Under the pieces are notes generated by a model that saw only the letters and a list, made by a program, of their open reading frames with translations, did not search any database and was not told the DNA's origin. From the IMG/VR virus record IMGVR_UViG_3300023174_000052, positions 96,001 through 160,000 of that record: a stretch of DNA of 64,000 nt; one strand, written 5' to 3'. A program made the translations under genes and the position numbers. Below, one piece after another: positions 38,980 to 50,900 of the stretch; position 1 is the first letter of the stretch, and every line of letters starts with the position of its first letter. Source of the stretch: a virus.

Positions 38980-41256
38980 TTATCTCAAAAACGTGGGTGC
39001 ATTATTTTGTATGACGATTTTTACGTTAGCTTCACCACGTAGTTCTGTAAAATTTAAACTAACAGGTACTACTCTGTAAATAACCTCGCCGATTCTGTCG
39101 AACATTTCGCGATCTTCATAAAAATAAGAACCGTCTATCACATGTGGATGCGCGCATCCTATAAACGCCTCTATGCCATCTGCGATTGTATAAATCCTAA
39201 AATGATCAATCATTGTAGCATCTCCAGTGATCGACCAACTTATATGATTGAATCCTATTAACGTTTTTCTAATCGACAATCCACTAACGTTGGGTAGATA
39301 ATCGTCAACCGATGCGTCGATGGAAGATTCTACACCTAATGAAAATTCTAGAAAATTCTCGGCCAAAGATGATGAATCATTAGATACAAGTTTTAAAGTC
39401 GAAGGAAGATTTCCGCTTTTTGGATTGATTTTAAATTTGTACGATTTATAATCATATTTTCTTTTTCCAATGGGAGATGTTTTTACAGAAGTTTGCGTCG
39501 ATACTAAGGCCCCAGGATCTCTTAGACCCAATCTAACGAAATATCTATAGTTATCTAACAAATTCAACGGTGTAATCGTTCTTAAGTTTGACGATTTCGA
39601 AGAATCATCGACAAACTTTGTTTCGTATATTGAACCGAAAGTTTCAACATCACCCGTTCTTAGATTCTGTCTATCAATTTGATATATTAAAAGTTTTTTG
39701 TAACCACCAGTCTCAAGATCTGGTATGCCAAGCATATTTTCGCTTAGACCATTTAACGATAAAAATTGTTTAGCTACTTCCACACCCGCTGCGGTGAGTT
39801 TTGCATTAATATCGAAAGATATTTTCGTGTATGAACTTCCGTCTTCTTCTACTATTTCTCTTATTAAATTTGTTACTTCGAGAGATGCAGGTTCAGATAC
39901 ATTTGTAGAAGAATAGTGGTATATAAAAGTATTACTAGAATTTTTTGTGTTCGATTTATTATCGACAAAAAATAATCTATATTCATACACATGATTGTGC
40001 ATTAAATCGACATCTTCAAAAACAATCGATGAATTATCAGTAACTAAAACAGGATCCAAACCTATCCCGGATAATTTTCGAAATTTTTCAAAAGTCGTTA
40101 CATCTCTGCGTTCTATTCCGATCGAAATAATTCCTAGTTTTGTAGAGTGTACTTTAATCTGTAAGCTGTTTCCAACTTTTAATACATTAAAAGGAATTAC
40201 ACTATCGCCAAATGTTCTGGGTGTCTTTTGATTCCTCGGTTTAAATTTCGTTATATACGAAGAATTATGATATTTTCCTATTATCGTTCTCGTCAATCTA
40301 GAATCTTTACTTTCCATTCCTTCTCGTTGTTTCAAGAATCCAGATTCCAATGAGACGTATGGACTTTGAGATGCGTCTAAACTAGAATTTAATATTCTAC
40401 AATATTTTATTGTTTCGTCTTTTTTATTTTTACTTTCTAAAACTTTAACATCGAGTTCTAAAGCTTGCGTAAATATATTGATTTTTTCTCTACTAATTGT
40501 TGCGCCTAATTTATTGGCTAAGTCGATCTCGAAATATAAAACTGGTAGGTCTGATATCGTTTTTCTTGGTAGAGTAATCGTATTCACGCATGAAGAATGA
40601 CGGCTGTTAATGATTCCCGCTGTATACTTTGAAGAGTTTCCGACTTTTTTGTATGATTCATATTGATGTTTCTTGATACCAGGTACGATTCTTTTTATTG
40701 AAACAGCCGGGTTTATTGTTGGGAACGAACCTTTTAGTGTTGCAGGATCTTTACCCAATCGAAGCATTTCTCTATTTTCTTCTTCGATTGATAATGAAGT
40801 TTTTTCTTCTGGTGTTTCGACTGTGAAATCTATATTACTAATAGTCTCCAGATTAGAATCATAAGTTTTTATTATATCGATCGTTGAAGTAGAGTCATTT
40901 TTTATTTTTTTTATCGAATCATTAGAAATTAATTTCGTGATATCGATAGGTATCGTCGCGACTCGATATTCAGTACGCATTCTCGTTATTAATGATTTTT
41001 CTGATGCATCCGTAAAAATAGTAGCACGTAGTCCGTCAGAAAAGTCTTTACTCGCCGGTGTTGATGTTACAGAAGGAATTTCATGTCCAAAAACATTTAA
41101 CATAATAACTTGAACTTCATTTTTTAAACATGAAGCTATGTCTATTCCGAATTCAAATTCTAGTAAAATGTCTCCACTTTGCGAAAGCTTAATAGACGTG
41201 ATAGGATTTTTCCCTATTTTTACTATATCTGTTTTTTTATTTACTTTAACTCTCAC
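38980..41256 (-). CDS. Putative virion protein with FN3/Ig-like segments
   Basis: 758 aa; FEDVDL..NHVYEYRL, FVDD...YRYFVR, ISWSITG....IDHFRI...YRVVPV. Confidence 0.55.
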   Translation of the reverse strand: MRVKVNKKTDIVKIGKNPITSIKLSQSGDILLEFEFGIDIASCLKNEVQVIMLNVFGHEIPSVTSTPASKDFSDGLRATIFTDASEKSLITRMRTEYRVATIPIDITKLISNDSIKKIKNDSTSTIDIIKTYDSNLETISNIDFTVETPEEKTSLSIEEENREMLRLGKDPATLKGSFPTINPAVSIKRIVPGIKKHQYESYKKVGNSSKYTAGIINSRHSSCVNTITLPRKTISDLPVLYFEIDLANKLGATISREKINIFTQALELDVKVLESKNKKDETIKYCRILNSSLDASQSPYVSLESGFLKQREGMESKDSRLTRTIIGKYHNSSYITKFKPRNQKTPRTFGDSVIPFNVLKVGNSLQIKVHSTKLGIISIGIERRDVTTFEKFRKLSGIGLDPVLVTDNSSIVFEDVDLMHNHVYEYRLFFVDNKSNTKNSSNTFIYHYSSTNVSEPASLEVTNLIREIVEEDGSSYTKISFDINAKLTAAGVEVAKQFLSLNGLSENMLGIPDLETGGYKKLLIYQIDRQNLRTGDVETFGSIYETKFVDDSSKSSNLRTITPLNLLDNYRYFVRLGLRDPGALVSTQTSVKTSPIGKRKYDYKSYKFKINPKSGNLPSTLKLVSNDSSSLAENFLEFSLGVESSIDASVDDYLPNVSGLSIRKTLIGFNHISWSITGDATMIDHFRIYTIADGIEAFIGCAHPHVIDGSYFYEDREMFDRIGEVIYRVVPVSLNFTELRGEANVKIVIQNNAPTFLR

Positions 41257-42152
41257 TCTATCACCAACGTAAAAATATTAATAAAAGTTGGAACATCGAA
41301 TCCATCAAAAAAAACTTTACCGACAAAATATAGGTCTGTTGAAGAACCTTCGCGCGATATTCCTACCCTTCCATATTTTATTATATCTAATTTTTTTACG
41401 TTAGATCCTACTATTTCATACATTTGAATTGCTAAATCATTATACTCCGTCAATCTTGAAAGCTCTATAGTAGCTTCTTCCAATTCGTTTAAATCGGCAA
41501 AAAAACTTCCATCGTCAATATCATTCGATTCTGCGAAGGACGTGTATTCTCCCAATCCAGTCGATTGCGATCCGATTTCTCCAGAATTTTGAATGGGTGG
41601 TAAGAACATAAAATTCGGTAATTTAGAAAGTCTCTTATCTGCAAATAGACTATCTGCATCGGTTATCGAAGATACGCTTGGTTCTCCATCAAATGGTCTA
41701 TCATTCGTAATAGTAAAATTGATATTCTTTAAATTAGACGATAGCCCTTCATCTTTTCTTATAACATCTAAAGTAGACGCAATTTGTTGTTTTTTTAAAG
41801 ATTCAGATACAGTTTGAGCGATGACCAAACCAAAATCTATATCGTTTGATCCGTCTCGAATGATTACGTCACCTGGCGGGGTTATAGACGTTGAATCACC
41901 AGAATATTCAAATAGCTGCCCGTTATCGTTAGTGATAGGAAAAATTATATCATTCGAAGTAGAAAATGCTTCTAAATTAAAATGAATAGAACTTGAAACA
42001 AAAATATTGTTCTGATCTCCGTCATAAGGAAATCCAATATCAGAAAATGTGGCATAAGCAATTCGCATGCCACCAGAAAACATTTGTCGTCGACCTTCGG
42101 GCGTTATTATTGTATCTAAAACGCGCGACTTCGGATCAAGAAGTCCAGCCAT
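41253..42152 (-). CDS. Structural protein, paralog of 32347-33057
   Basis: MAGLLD....LDTIITPEGRRQM......IAYATFSD aligns by eye with the N-terminus of the 236-aa protein. Confidence 0.6.
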   Translation of the reverse strand: MAGLLDPKSRVLDTIITPEGRRQMFSGGMRIAYATFSDIGFPYDGDQNNIFVSSSIHFNLEAFSTSNDIIFPITNDNGQLFEYSGDSTSITPPGDVIIRDGSNDIDFGLVIAQTVSESLKKQQIASTLDVIRKDEGLSSNLKNINFTITNDRPFDGEPSVSSITDADSLFADKRLSKLPNFMFLPPIQNSGEIGSQSTGLGEYTSFAESNDIDDGSFFADLNELEEATIELSRLTEYNDLAIQMYEIVGSNVKKLDIIKYGRVGISREGSSTDLYFVGKVFFDGFDVPTFINIFTLVIE

Positions 42153-42159
42153 TATGCCC

Positions 42160-42504
42160 CTAACTAATTATGGTTGTCACCGTATCGTTTGTATTGTCTA
42201 TGTATTCGATTCTATCAACTAGTTGTTCGGGAATAATTTCGTCCTTATAAGGACCGAATATTCTATTAGATTCGTCCAAATTCGAACACATCGTTTGATT
42301 CGGTATTAAAGGATTACCACTTTCGTCAACGAATCTAGCCGTAATAGGCGCATTATAATGACCACTTTTTATATTCGCGATACTAAACCAGGCGGTATTT
42401 AATACTCCTTGGACTAAATCGCTACTATATCCATAGTGATTAGGATTAAATCTAGCTATTAAATTAATTTTTACTTTAGGTTGTAATATTTTTGCAATAG
42501 GCAT
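42160..42504 (-). CDS. Hypothetical protein
   Basis: 114-aa ORF with SD AAGGTG, tiled in the operon. Confidence 0.65.
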   Translation of the reverse strand: MPIAKILQPKVKINLIARFNPNHYGYSSDLVQGVLNTAWFSIANIKSGHYNAPITARFVDESGNPLIPNQTMCSNLDESNRIFGPYKDEIIPEQLVDRIEYIDNTNDTVTTIIS

Positions 42505-42511
42505 AATTTTA

Positions 42512-45500
42512 TCACCTTAAAACTCCGCTTACGTATTGATCTAACAATGATATAGAATCGTTACTAGCGACGACGAACCTGCCCACTGTTCCAGATCTCG
42601 AATCAACTCTCAATGCAGCGTCGTAATCGACGCCTCTAGTATTATTCGACATTGTACCTGTAATAACTTGCGACTGATATGTCCCGACATACGCAGATAC
42701 CTCTGCGTTATCGTATTGATCTAATACAGGATCATTTCCTATAGTCGTAGACATATTTGAAGAATTGATAGTTCGAATCATTTCTACTTTTTCACCGTCT
42801 CTGATGTAGTCACCTATCAATATCATCTCTGCGCTTCCAGGTAATATTCTCATATAAGAATTACCAGCGTAATGCCATATTTGTTCTTTTAAAATTGGGT
42901 TCACAAATGCTTTTTGAGCGGGTTTATTTGAACCATTTTCATTATAGTCAGTTAAATTTTTACCAAAATATGGAGCAATATCAGGAGGAGGAGTTATTCC
43001 AGCGTCTAAACCCAAAACTAATTCGTCTTCCGGTAATAGAATGTATGGATTATATACGTTTCTTCCAGCGTTTGGAGATGACGGAGAATATCCTATCGTA
43101 AGAGATGATAAAAGATCTGAGAAAGAACATCCGTCTAATCCTGTTTTTATTGTAAATGTACCCGTTAAATACACTGATGGTTCATCATTATACGTCGATG
43201 CTGTAATAATCTCTGATCTTTGAAATACAGCTGCTAACGGTGGTTTGGCATTTTTGGCTAATGTAGCTGTAATTCCTCTAGAATCATTAACTATTTGAAT
43301 GCTTGTGTTGAATGGTGTACTAATTAAATTATAGAACGAAAATCCTGTTCTTGCTATCTCTATATCAAATTCGGGAGCAGTCGAACCCAGATTTACGAAT
43401 CCCAAACCATAGGCTGTGAAATCAGAAAATTTTGGCCATTGTAATAATGAATTTTGATTTCTTAAAATGTCTATATCGTTATCGAATTGATAATATGGAG
43501 TAATCGGAACTCTTTCGATGGAACCTGGTGGTTCGTATCCGTCTGATGCGCTAGCAACAACTACTGGTTGCTGCGTTCCACCAAACCAAAAATTTTGAAA
43601 TATTGTAGAAATAGGTGGTGTTGTATTTTGTTCTAGAAACGCGTTTGTTCCCTTTTGCGGATACCAATTAAACAATCTATTAGCGAGCGTTGGATCAAAT
43701 GCGGGTAAATTTAAACGACCGTGAAATGACGTGCTTAAATGCCCTTTGCTCGTTGTAACATACATTAACGTACTATTCGGGTAACCTCCCAAAACATATG
43801 CAGGATCGATTTGTATTTCTAAATATTTTTTCTCGATATATGTTGAATTGTCAGAAAAATCGTTTAAATTCGTATTAAATGATACGGCAGGAGTATGAAG
43901 CGGCGAAGATATATTTTCTAAACTTTCTCCTGTGATTAAATCTTCTCCTGCGTTTGATCTTCTAAATACTTCATTTAATTCGAAAGTCGCAGGTACTCCT
44001 GGTATGAGTGATGAAACAACGGGCGTATTAATGCCGAATTGTTCTGAAAATCCATCTCTATTCGATAAACCAAATGACGAAGAATTATAGACGCAAACGC
44101 TACCCGAGCCTATTAGGAATCTCATAGACGATGATATGTCTTGCAAAGAATCTATCGCGTTCGAAGAATTCGCCCTACGTTGTCTATATAAAAAGAAAAC
44201 GTAATTATCCATATCCTTTCGCATAGTCACATTTTCAGTCCAATTCCAACTATACTCGAAAGAATTTAAGCAATTACTATATAATAAATCGATGTACTCC
44301 TGCGCTAGCGATCGTTTCCAAATTGTAATCGATGCTATTTTACCTCTCAAATCAGCCGTATCAGTACCTCTTGATCCAAAAAACAATTTAAATGTATGTG
44401 ATCTCGCTGTAGTAAATGTTCCACTAGATGACGACGTATTATCTCGTCTTATTCTATCGATAAAAATTTTCATTCCTGTCGAAGAATTGCTACCATCATA
44501 TGTGACAACAAAATGATGCCATTTTGAATCTTGTATGTATCCATTCGCAACCGCGCTTGAAACACTGCGTTCTATATAATCAGTTGAATATATAGACGAA
44601 GCGATATCGCTTATCCTGAATCTAAGTCTATCTGTGGCTCTATCGTAGAAAAAATAGTATTCTGAATCTAACCCTGTAGAAGATACTTTCGCGAATAGAT
44701 TGTGATTCTTGCCGGGTGCAAAATCACTAAATTTTACCCAAAAACTTATCGATAAACCGTCGATGCCAAGCTTAATATCGTTGCTATTATCAACGACTAA
44801 ATTATCATTTGTCAAAGTTGTAAGCGCATCATATGTAAGATCAAGCGAACCGCGTCCTGTTATATTACCAGGAGTATCGTTTATATCTACAGTGGCTAAA
44901 TTCGATAACGTCGCGATATGATCGTTTCCTGATCGGTCGGGTATCGTATCAGGAGACGATGCAGTCGATTCAAAATTAAAATAAGCTGCTGGTTTATATA
45001 AATCGATATATTGTCCTTCGTTTATTTCATTTATTCTTTGAATTTCTACAGGTATTTTTAATATTACTTTTTTTAATAAAAGTGGACTACTTATAAATTT
45101 ATCTAACTTTATTGATTCATCATTAAACGCGTGATATTTTGGAGAAAATGGTGCTCCAAATACGATAGTAGGCGATCCAACATTTTCGTACCCTGCTCTT
45201 TGTAGATGTTCTTTTTTAGATGTAAAATACCCTAATTGCGGCGATGCAGTAAATTGCCGCATAATTTCATTCGTACCTGTCACCTGTAATTTCGAAGAAT
45301 AAGTGTAGCGAAGATCGGAATACGAGACGAAAGTTCCTGTCACTAGATTCAAATTCGCTGCATTATTTGAATATTGTGAAAAAATATCTAAATCAAATGA
45401 AAGCCACCCGCCATCATGATCATCATTAGCGTATGAATTAACTTCAATTGTGTTTACTGCTCCATTAGAATCTTTAGTCTGGGTATTCGTACCTAAAGAA

Positions 45501-47056
45501 TTTTCATGTTGTGATCTTTTTTCCACCCAACAGCCTTTTATGGGCGAATAATACAAAAAACCTGTTCCTGCTACGCCTAGGTCCAGACTTTTATATGAAT
45601 TGTCAAGTCGACCATGGCGATCTAGCGCGGAACTTAGAAACATGGAATAGTTTGTTGTAGCGTACTGGAGGGTTTTTGCAGATTTAGAATCCGTTCTTCC
45701 AGCGTATTGTAGATTATCGTTTCTTTGCACCGATGATATGTCTATTTTAATTGCTGTGGATGCAGTCGTTCCATCTATACAATTTAACATAGATTTTTGT
45801 AATAATTCTTCGAATGGCTTTTCTTTAGTACTTTTTCTACCATCTTTTAAATTATTTTGAATGATGATAGAATTTAAATTCGTCGAAAGTTCTAAACTTT
45901 CTTCGCCGTCGAAAGAATCAATCAAAGAATTTTTTCCAACGTAAGAAGCTCGATTACCAAGTATAGTCTTAGTATCGTCGAATGCCCCCTCGGAATTATT
46001 ATTTAAAATTAAACCTAAATCTAACTTTCTAGGTGGCTTTGAAATAGACGTGAAGCGTTCTACGTATACACCATCTAACGTGCCTTTATGTAACGCGATT
46101 ATTTCTTCATCACTTAAAATTCTATCCCATTTAGATAATTGAAAATAAGAATGATTTGCGAGAAATAATCTATCATTATTACTGGACATAAAGTCCTGGT
46201 ATTTTGGCGCAAAATAAGAAGCCGTCCCTAAAATAGGAAAAATTATTTTTCCGTCTTTTAATAATTGATTTTCGCCTATGACACCATCGCCAGGCGATAG
46301 ACGATTTAATGGTTTATCACCCGATTCGTTTGAATAATTCTGTAAATATAGAGAACGTCTTTCGCCATTAATCCATACGTCGCAAATACCATTAGAACCA
46401 TTTTTTCTAGTTTTGTTTCTTATTACGACGTGTGTCCACTCGCCAAATGGAATATTTTTTTCATTTGCGAATTCTGATGGATAATTTAAACTAACGCTTT
46501 GTTCTACATATGACCTGGTTATTAGGTTCGTATTATCAAACGTGTCGCAAAAATTAAACGTATAGTCTGGGTCAGATGCAACGTAAAAGTTTCTTAAGCC
46601 AAAGTACGATCGTAAACCATCACCTGTACTATTCTTTTTTAAATAAGTAGAAAATCGTATCGTTTTCGTTATAGGTGGAGAAATAATTGGTCTAACTGCG
46701 ATATAATCAAACTGTCTATTTACTGTTGAATCATAATTTGGCGAAAATCCGGTGTCGATAAATTTTACCCAAAAAGAAATAGTAAAATTATCATTTGCCC
46801 AAGATATATTCGGAATTAAATTTGAAAAACATTCAGACCCGTTAATCGTAGCGCCAGTGTGATTTGCAGGACCTGGCGAGGACGTGTGTCCTGATCCTCC
46901 TAAAATATCACCTGTGAAACGTTCAATTACGTTTGAACCGTCCCATTGTATCTCGAAATGTAAATCTCTCGATAAATCTATAACACGGCCACCAGATCTA
47001 ACTGAAAATGGTTTCATTAAATCTATCGATGTGAGTTCGCCTCTTAGTCGTGCCAT
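42512..47056 (-). CDS. Large tail/baseplate protein with two LamG (concanavalin A-like) domains; candidate receptor-binding protein
   Basis: 1514 aa; FTISFWVKF...WTHVVI...WING...WDRILSDEEI.AL and LSISFWVKF...WHHFVVTYDG...KIFID...IWKRSL. Confidence 0.7.
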   Translation of the reverse strand: MARLRGELTSIDLMKPFSVRSGGRVIDLSRDLHFEIQWDGSNVIERFTGDILGGSGHTSSPGPANHTGATINGSECFSNLIPNISWANDNFTISFWVKFIDTGFSPNYDSTVNRQFDYIAVRPIISPPITKTIRFSTYLKKNSTGDGLRSYFGLRNFYVASDPDYTFNFCDTFDNTNLITRSYVEQSVSLNYPSEFANEKNIPFGEWTHVVIRNKTRKNGSNGICDVWINGERRSLYLQNYSNESGDKPLNRLSPGDGVIGENQLLKDGKIIFPILGTASYFAPKYQDFMSSNNDRLFLANHSYFQLSKWDRILSDEEIIALHKGTLDGVYVERFTSISKPPRKLDLGLILNNNSEGAFDDTKTILGNRASYVGKNSLIDSFDGEESLELSTNLNSIIIQNNLKDGRKSTKEKPFEELLQKSMLNCIDGTTASTAIKIDISSVQRNDNLQYAGRTDSKSAKTLQYATTNYSMFLSSALDRHGRLDNSYKSLDLGVAGTGFLYYSPIKGCWVEKRSQHENSLGTNTQTKDSNGAVNTIEVNSYANDDHDGGWLSFDLDIFSQYSNNAANLNLVTGTFVSYSDLRYTYSSKLQVTGTNEIMRQFTASPQLGYFTSKKEHLQRAGYENVGSPTIVFGAPFSPKYHAFNDESIKLDKFISSPLLLKKVILKIPVEIQRINEINEGQYIDLYKPAAYFNFESTASSPDTIPDRSGNDHIATLSNLATVDINDTPGNITGRGSLDLTYDALTTLTNDNLVVDNSNDIKLGIDGLSISFWVKFSDFAPGKNHNLFAKVSSTGLDSEYYFFYDRATDRLRFRISDIASSIYSTDYIERSVSSAVANGYIQDSKWHHFVVTYDGSNSSTGMKIFIDRIRRDNTSSSSGTFTTARSHTFKLFFGSRGTDTADLRGKIASITIWKRSLAQEYIDLLYSNCLNSFEYSWNWTENVTMRKDMDNYVFFLYRQRRANSSNAIDSLQDISSSMRFLIGSGSVCVYNSSSFGLSNRDGFSEQFGINTPVVSSLIPGVPATFELNEVFRRSNAGEDLITGESLENISSPLHTPAVSFNTNLNDFSDNSTYIEKKYLEIQIDPAYVLGGYPNSTLMYVTTSKGHLSTSFHGRLNLPAFDPTLANRLFNWYPQKGTNAFLEQNTTPPISTIFQNFWFGGTQQPVVVASASDGYEPPGSIERVPITPYYQFDNDIDILRNQNSLLQWPKFSDFTAYGLGFVNLGSTAPEFDIEIARTGFSFYNLISTPFNTSIQIVNDSRGITATLAKNAKPPLAAVFQRSEIITASTYNDEPSVYLTGTFTIKTGLDGCSFSDLLSSLTIGYSPSSPNAGRNVYNPYILLPEDELVLGLDAGITPPPDIAPYFGKNLTDYNENGSNKPAQKAFVNPILKEQIWHYAGNSYMRILPGSAEMILIGDYIRDGEKVEMIRTINSSNMSTTIGNDPVLDQYDNAEVSAYVGTYQSQVITGTMSNNTRGVDYDAALRVDSRSGTVGRFVVASNDSISLLDQYVSGVLR

Positions 47057-47059
47057 GTG

Positions 47060-47929
47060 CTAAATCCCCTTTTGATCCAAAAACGCGATAGAATCCGTAC
47101 CGTTTTCGTTATCAATAAATGTATAACCAGCACACGCAGAAATATACGTTTTTCCCACATCATCGAATGCTGTCGTAGAGTTAGATAACGCATTCGCAAA
47201 ATCTTCGCCAACTATCTGCGCGAATTCTAATTCTTTTGTTCGTTCTCTAAAAGGAGATTTTCCTGTTGGATCTTCTGCGAAATAACCTGCTTTTTGTTCT
47301 ATCGGTCTATTTGAATCGTCTCCATATTCCAGAAATGGTCTTGTACCTGCATCGTATCCTACAATTGTTTTGCGTTGTTCTATAAGCACGCTATATCCGA
47401 ATGGATCTTCGTGTGCGTTTGCTATAGAAGCTCTTGGTCGTCGAGCAGATTCGGGTCTATCTATAGTCTGTCGAGTCGCGTAATCTCTTATGGATAACGG
47501 CTCTATAACGCCGTCCATTGAACCAGGGTCTATTTTTCCAGGTGTATCCAGAACGTAAGGATATAAAAGATCTATTAATTGGTATCCTGAACTTGGATCT
47601 CCTTGCATTTCAATATAGCTTGTAGCATTAGCATACGTAAATTCTTCGAAGGGAGTATCATCATTAAATAATTTTAATCTACCGAGATCTCTATTTTCTA
47701 TTTCGTGAGTTGGTACAAAGAATTTTTTAACAGAATTTATTTTATCGACTTGTCCATCGTCGAATGGTCCATTTTTTTGCTTTATGATTCCATCGATTAC
47801 TATTCTAGAATCACCATTCGCCATTATTCTTGGTAACGTCGTACTAAACACATCGTCGTACGTTTTAATTTCAACGCCTTGACGACTGTATAAACCGTCT
47901 AGAGACTGTGAGATTATTTGAGATGACAT
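47060..47929 (-). CDS. Hypothetical virion-associated protein
   Basis: 289-aa ORF tiled in the baseplate operon. Confidence 0.7.
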   Translation of the reverse strand: MSSQIISQSLDGLYSRQGVEIKTYDDVFSTTLPRIMANGDSRIVIDGIIKQKNGPFDDGQVDKINSVKKFFVPTHEIENRDLGRLKLFNDDTPFEEFTYANATSYIEMQGDPSSGYQLIDLLYPYVLDTPGKIDPGSMDGVIEPLSIRDYATRQTIDRPESARRPRASIANAHEDPFGYSVLIEQRKTIVGYDAGTRPFLEYGDDSNRPIEQKAGYFAEDPTGKSPFRERTKELEFAQIVGEDFANALSNSTTAFDDVGKTYISACAGYTFIDNENGTDSIAFLDQKGI

Positions 47930-50900
47930 TAAAATCTCCTGACGTTCGTACTTAATTTCGCTAGACCTATTGTTCCTCTAAGATTTCTGCGATTATTTTC
48001 GCCGAGATACAAATCGCCCCAATGATATTTCATTTTTGTTCTTTCAAGCATGTGACTCTCTACAACAAGATTGACGCCTAAAAATCTCGAATTAGCAGGT
48101 AAAAACTGTTCTATTAATCGCGATAATGTAGATTCAAACCATTTACTAAACAACACTACGTTTGAATATTCGGGTATGCCTGTCAATCGATTGAAATATA
48201 CATCTCTCATATCTTCAAGATCAGGATAGCTATCGTCGAATAAACTGGTAGGATCACCGATCGCATTATCGATAATCGTTAAATCAGAAAACATTTTGAT
48301 AATGTCTTCATTTAAACCTTGGACTATTGATATTTCTATTCCAAAACGATTGTCGTCATTACCCTGTTCGTATTTCGGTACTTCATAAATTGGAGCTATT
48401 TCAACTCCTGCAGCTTTCGCTAGCGCGTATGATTGAAACGATCGAATTCTTACCTTATTATCCGTACTACGTTCGTCGAATTTCGGATCAAGCGATGAAA
48501 AAATGATATCATCAGAACCTAAGATTGTTTCGTTTGCAAAAAATCCTGAACCTGACAGGTGTAAATTATTTTGTGAATAATCGAATATAATAATTTTTCC
48601 ATAAGAATCGGCGTTAATTTCTTCTTGATCGAATGACGTGTCTAGTCTCAAACGTTCGAAAGATCCGGATTCGAGAGTAGTAAAATTAAAATTTACCAAT
48701 GGATTTTTGACACCAAGAGATTCATGATTCGTAACGTGTTCGTACCATTCAGTATCAAATAAATATTTAGAATAAAATTTGACACCTGACACCTCGCCAC
48801 CGAACGTAGATAAAGTTGATCCTGGTAACGTGTACGGATCAATAAAACTTGTGTTAATACTACCTACGTAATTTCCTAATTGAAAACATGTACCTGACGC
48901 GTTATTTATCGAGTTTATATTCGACAAAACGTCTGATGTATTACTAGAATTTGTTAAATATAAAATTTCTTCGTCCAATATTATCGGTTGACCTGCTTGT
49001 TGTTTGCCTAGTCTCAAAAAGTATTTACTTTCAAAATCACCTATTTTTTGTCGACCAAAGCTTATATGCCATCTATCTCCATCATATAGCGTTCTTCCGT
49101 CTATCGATATAGAAAAGGCATTTGAGGAAATAGTGTCAGTAGAACCGTATAATGTCAAAGTAGCTATATTGTCGTCTTTAGATCCACTTTTCGATGCAAT
49201 AAGATTAAATAATAAGCCCGTTCCGAACGAACCTGTCGTATAAAATCTAACAAGCGATTCATTAGAATAAGAAACGTCATCCTGAAATCTATACGTTGCT
49301 TCATATGTCCACGATGAACTAGTAAATAATCCGTCTGAGACATCGTCGCTACCATATAAACCGATATTTCCTTGCGGTTCCGGAACCCCAGGTTCTATTC
49401 GAGATCCCGACAGGAATGGCGAAGTGATTGTGTATCCTGTCTTTGGTAATAATTTACCTGCAGAAATTCTACGAGGTCGTCGAGCTTCTATTACACCTTC
49501 ACGAGCGCCACCATACTCTCGCAATCTAATAGACGTATCTGGATTTACTCCGAATGCTCTTATTAATTCTTTAACTGAAGATATCGTGCCCTTTTCTCTT
49601 AAAATAGTTGGTATAGAAGCAAGCAATCGACGCCAAATTTGCGATTGAATTTCTTGTAACGTCATTGTATTACTTGAAGATTCTACTCCAAAATCATTTC
49701 CATCTATTTCATCGTTCGGTTTTATAGTAGAAAACAATTGTGGTAATTCTATACCAATATTTCTTGCTTGGTGGACTAAAAATTGATCTGATATTGAACC
49801 CATATCAACGTATTCGAACGATTCTATTTTTGAAAAATGATCTAAATAAATTTTCATTTCGTCGAATTGTTTTGCCCAAACATATAACAATGCCGATAGT
49901 ATTTGCGCTGCGCCGAGTTTAGAATTACCCGGCCGATTTCCACTGGCAGGATACGTTTCGACGACAGGACCTTCGTCAGTCTCAAACCCCTGTTCAAGTC
50001 TACCTTCGAAAAAATAGTGAGGTGGTACAAGACGAGTTATAAGATTTGGATTTATTTCATCATACTTTGAAGCAGATAGCAATAATTTTTGATTTAACGT
50101 AATTAATTCGTCATAATCTGGGAAAAGAATCGGATTTTCTTTTAATGCTTCTTTAAACGTTGCGAGACCGTCGAGATTCGACCTAAGTGTGTCTACGTAT
50201 CCGATTACATTAGAGTGTAATCCATTACCACTATGATCTAATATAAGAGTTTTTTGAGAATAACTACCAGATGGTTCGTTAAATTTATAGAATAATTTTA
50301 AATTATCTTCAGGATATTGGCTGGAAGATATAGCCATTTTAATTTTTTCACTCGATCTATTTCCATGAAATATTTTAAAATCGTCGAGCGATGCAGATAA
50401 ATTTTGTTTTGGCAAAAATACGTTAGAACCATACGTATGCGAACTTCCTGTTCCTATTGTAAGAAGTGAGCCGACGGTATTAAATTCATAAAATTCATAA
50501 GATCTAGAACTTGATGATGCTAAAATTCCGTCCAAATACAATAACGTTCTATTCGAACTCGGTCGTCGATTAAAACAAGCTGCAATATCTATCCAGTTTC
50601 CTTTATTAATTGAGTATGATGAGCTAAGATGCGCAGAGCCAGATGATACTATAAAAATTAAATCGCATTTTGTTGTTGAAGTCGAAGCTGATATCGCCAG
50701 TGTATAACCACTTGTCGACGATAATCTTTGTAATAAAACTTGATTATCATTAATTTGTTCGGGGAAAAACGCTTTAAACTGAAACGATATACTTCCATTG
50801 CCTGGATCTAAGACCGGTTGTCCATCTACTTTTTTCGATATATCGGGAGCCATAGCTCCTGGGACATCGTTAACTTCAATGTATGAATTTTTAAAGTGCA

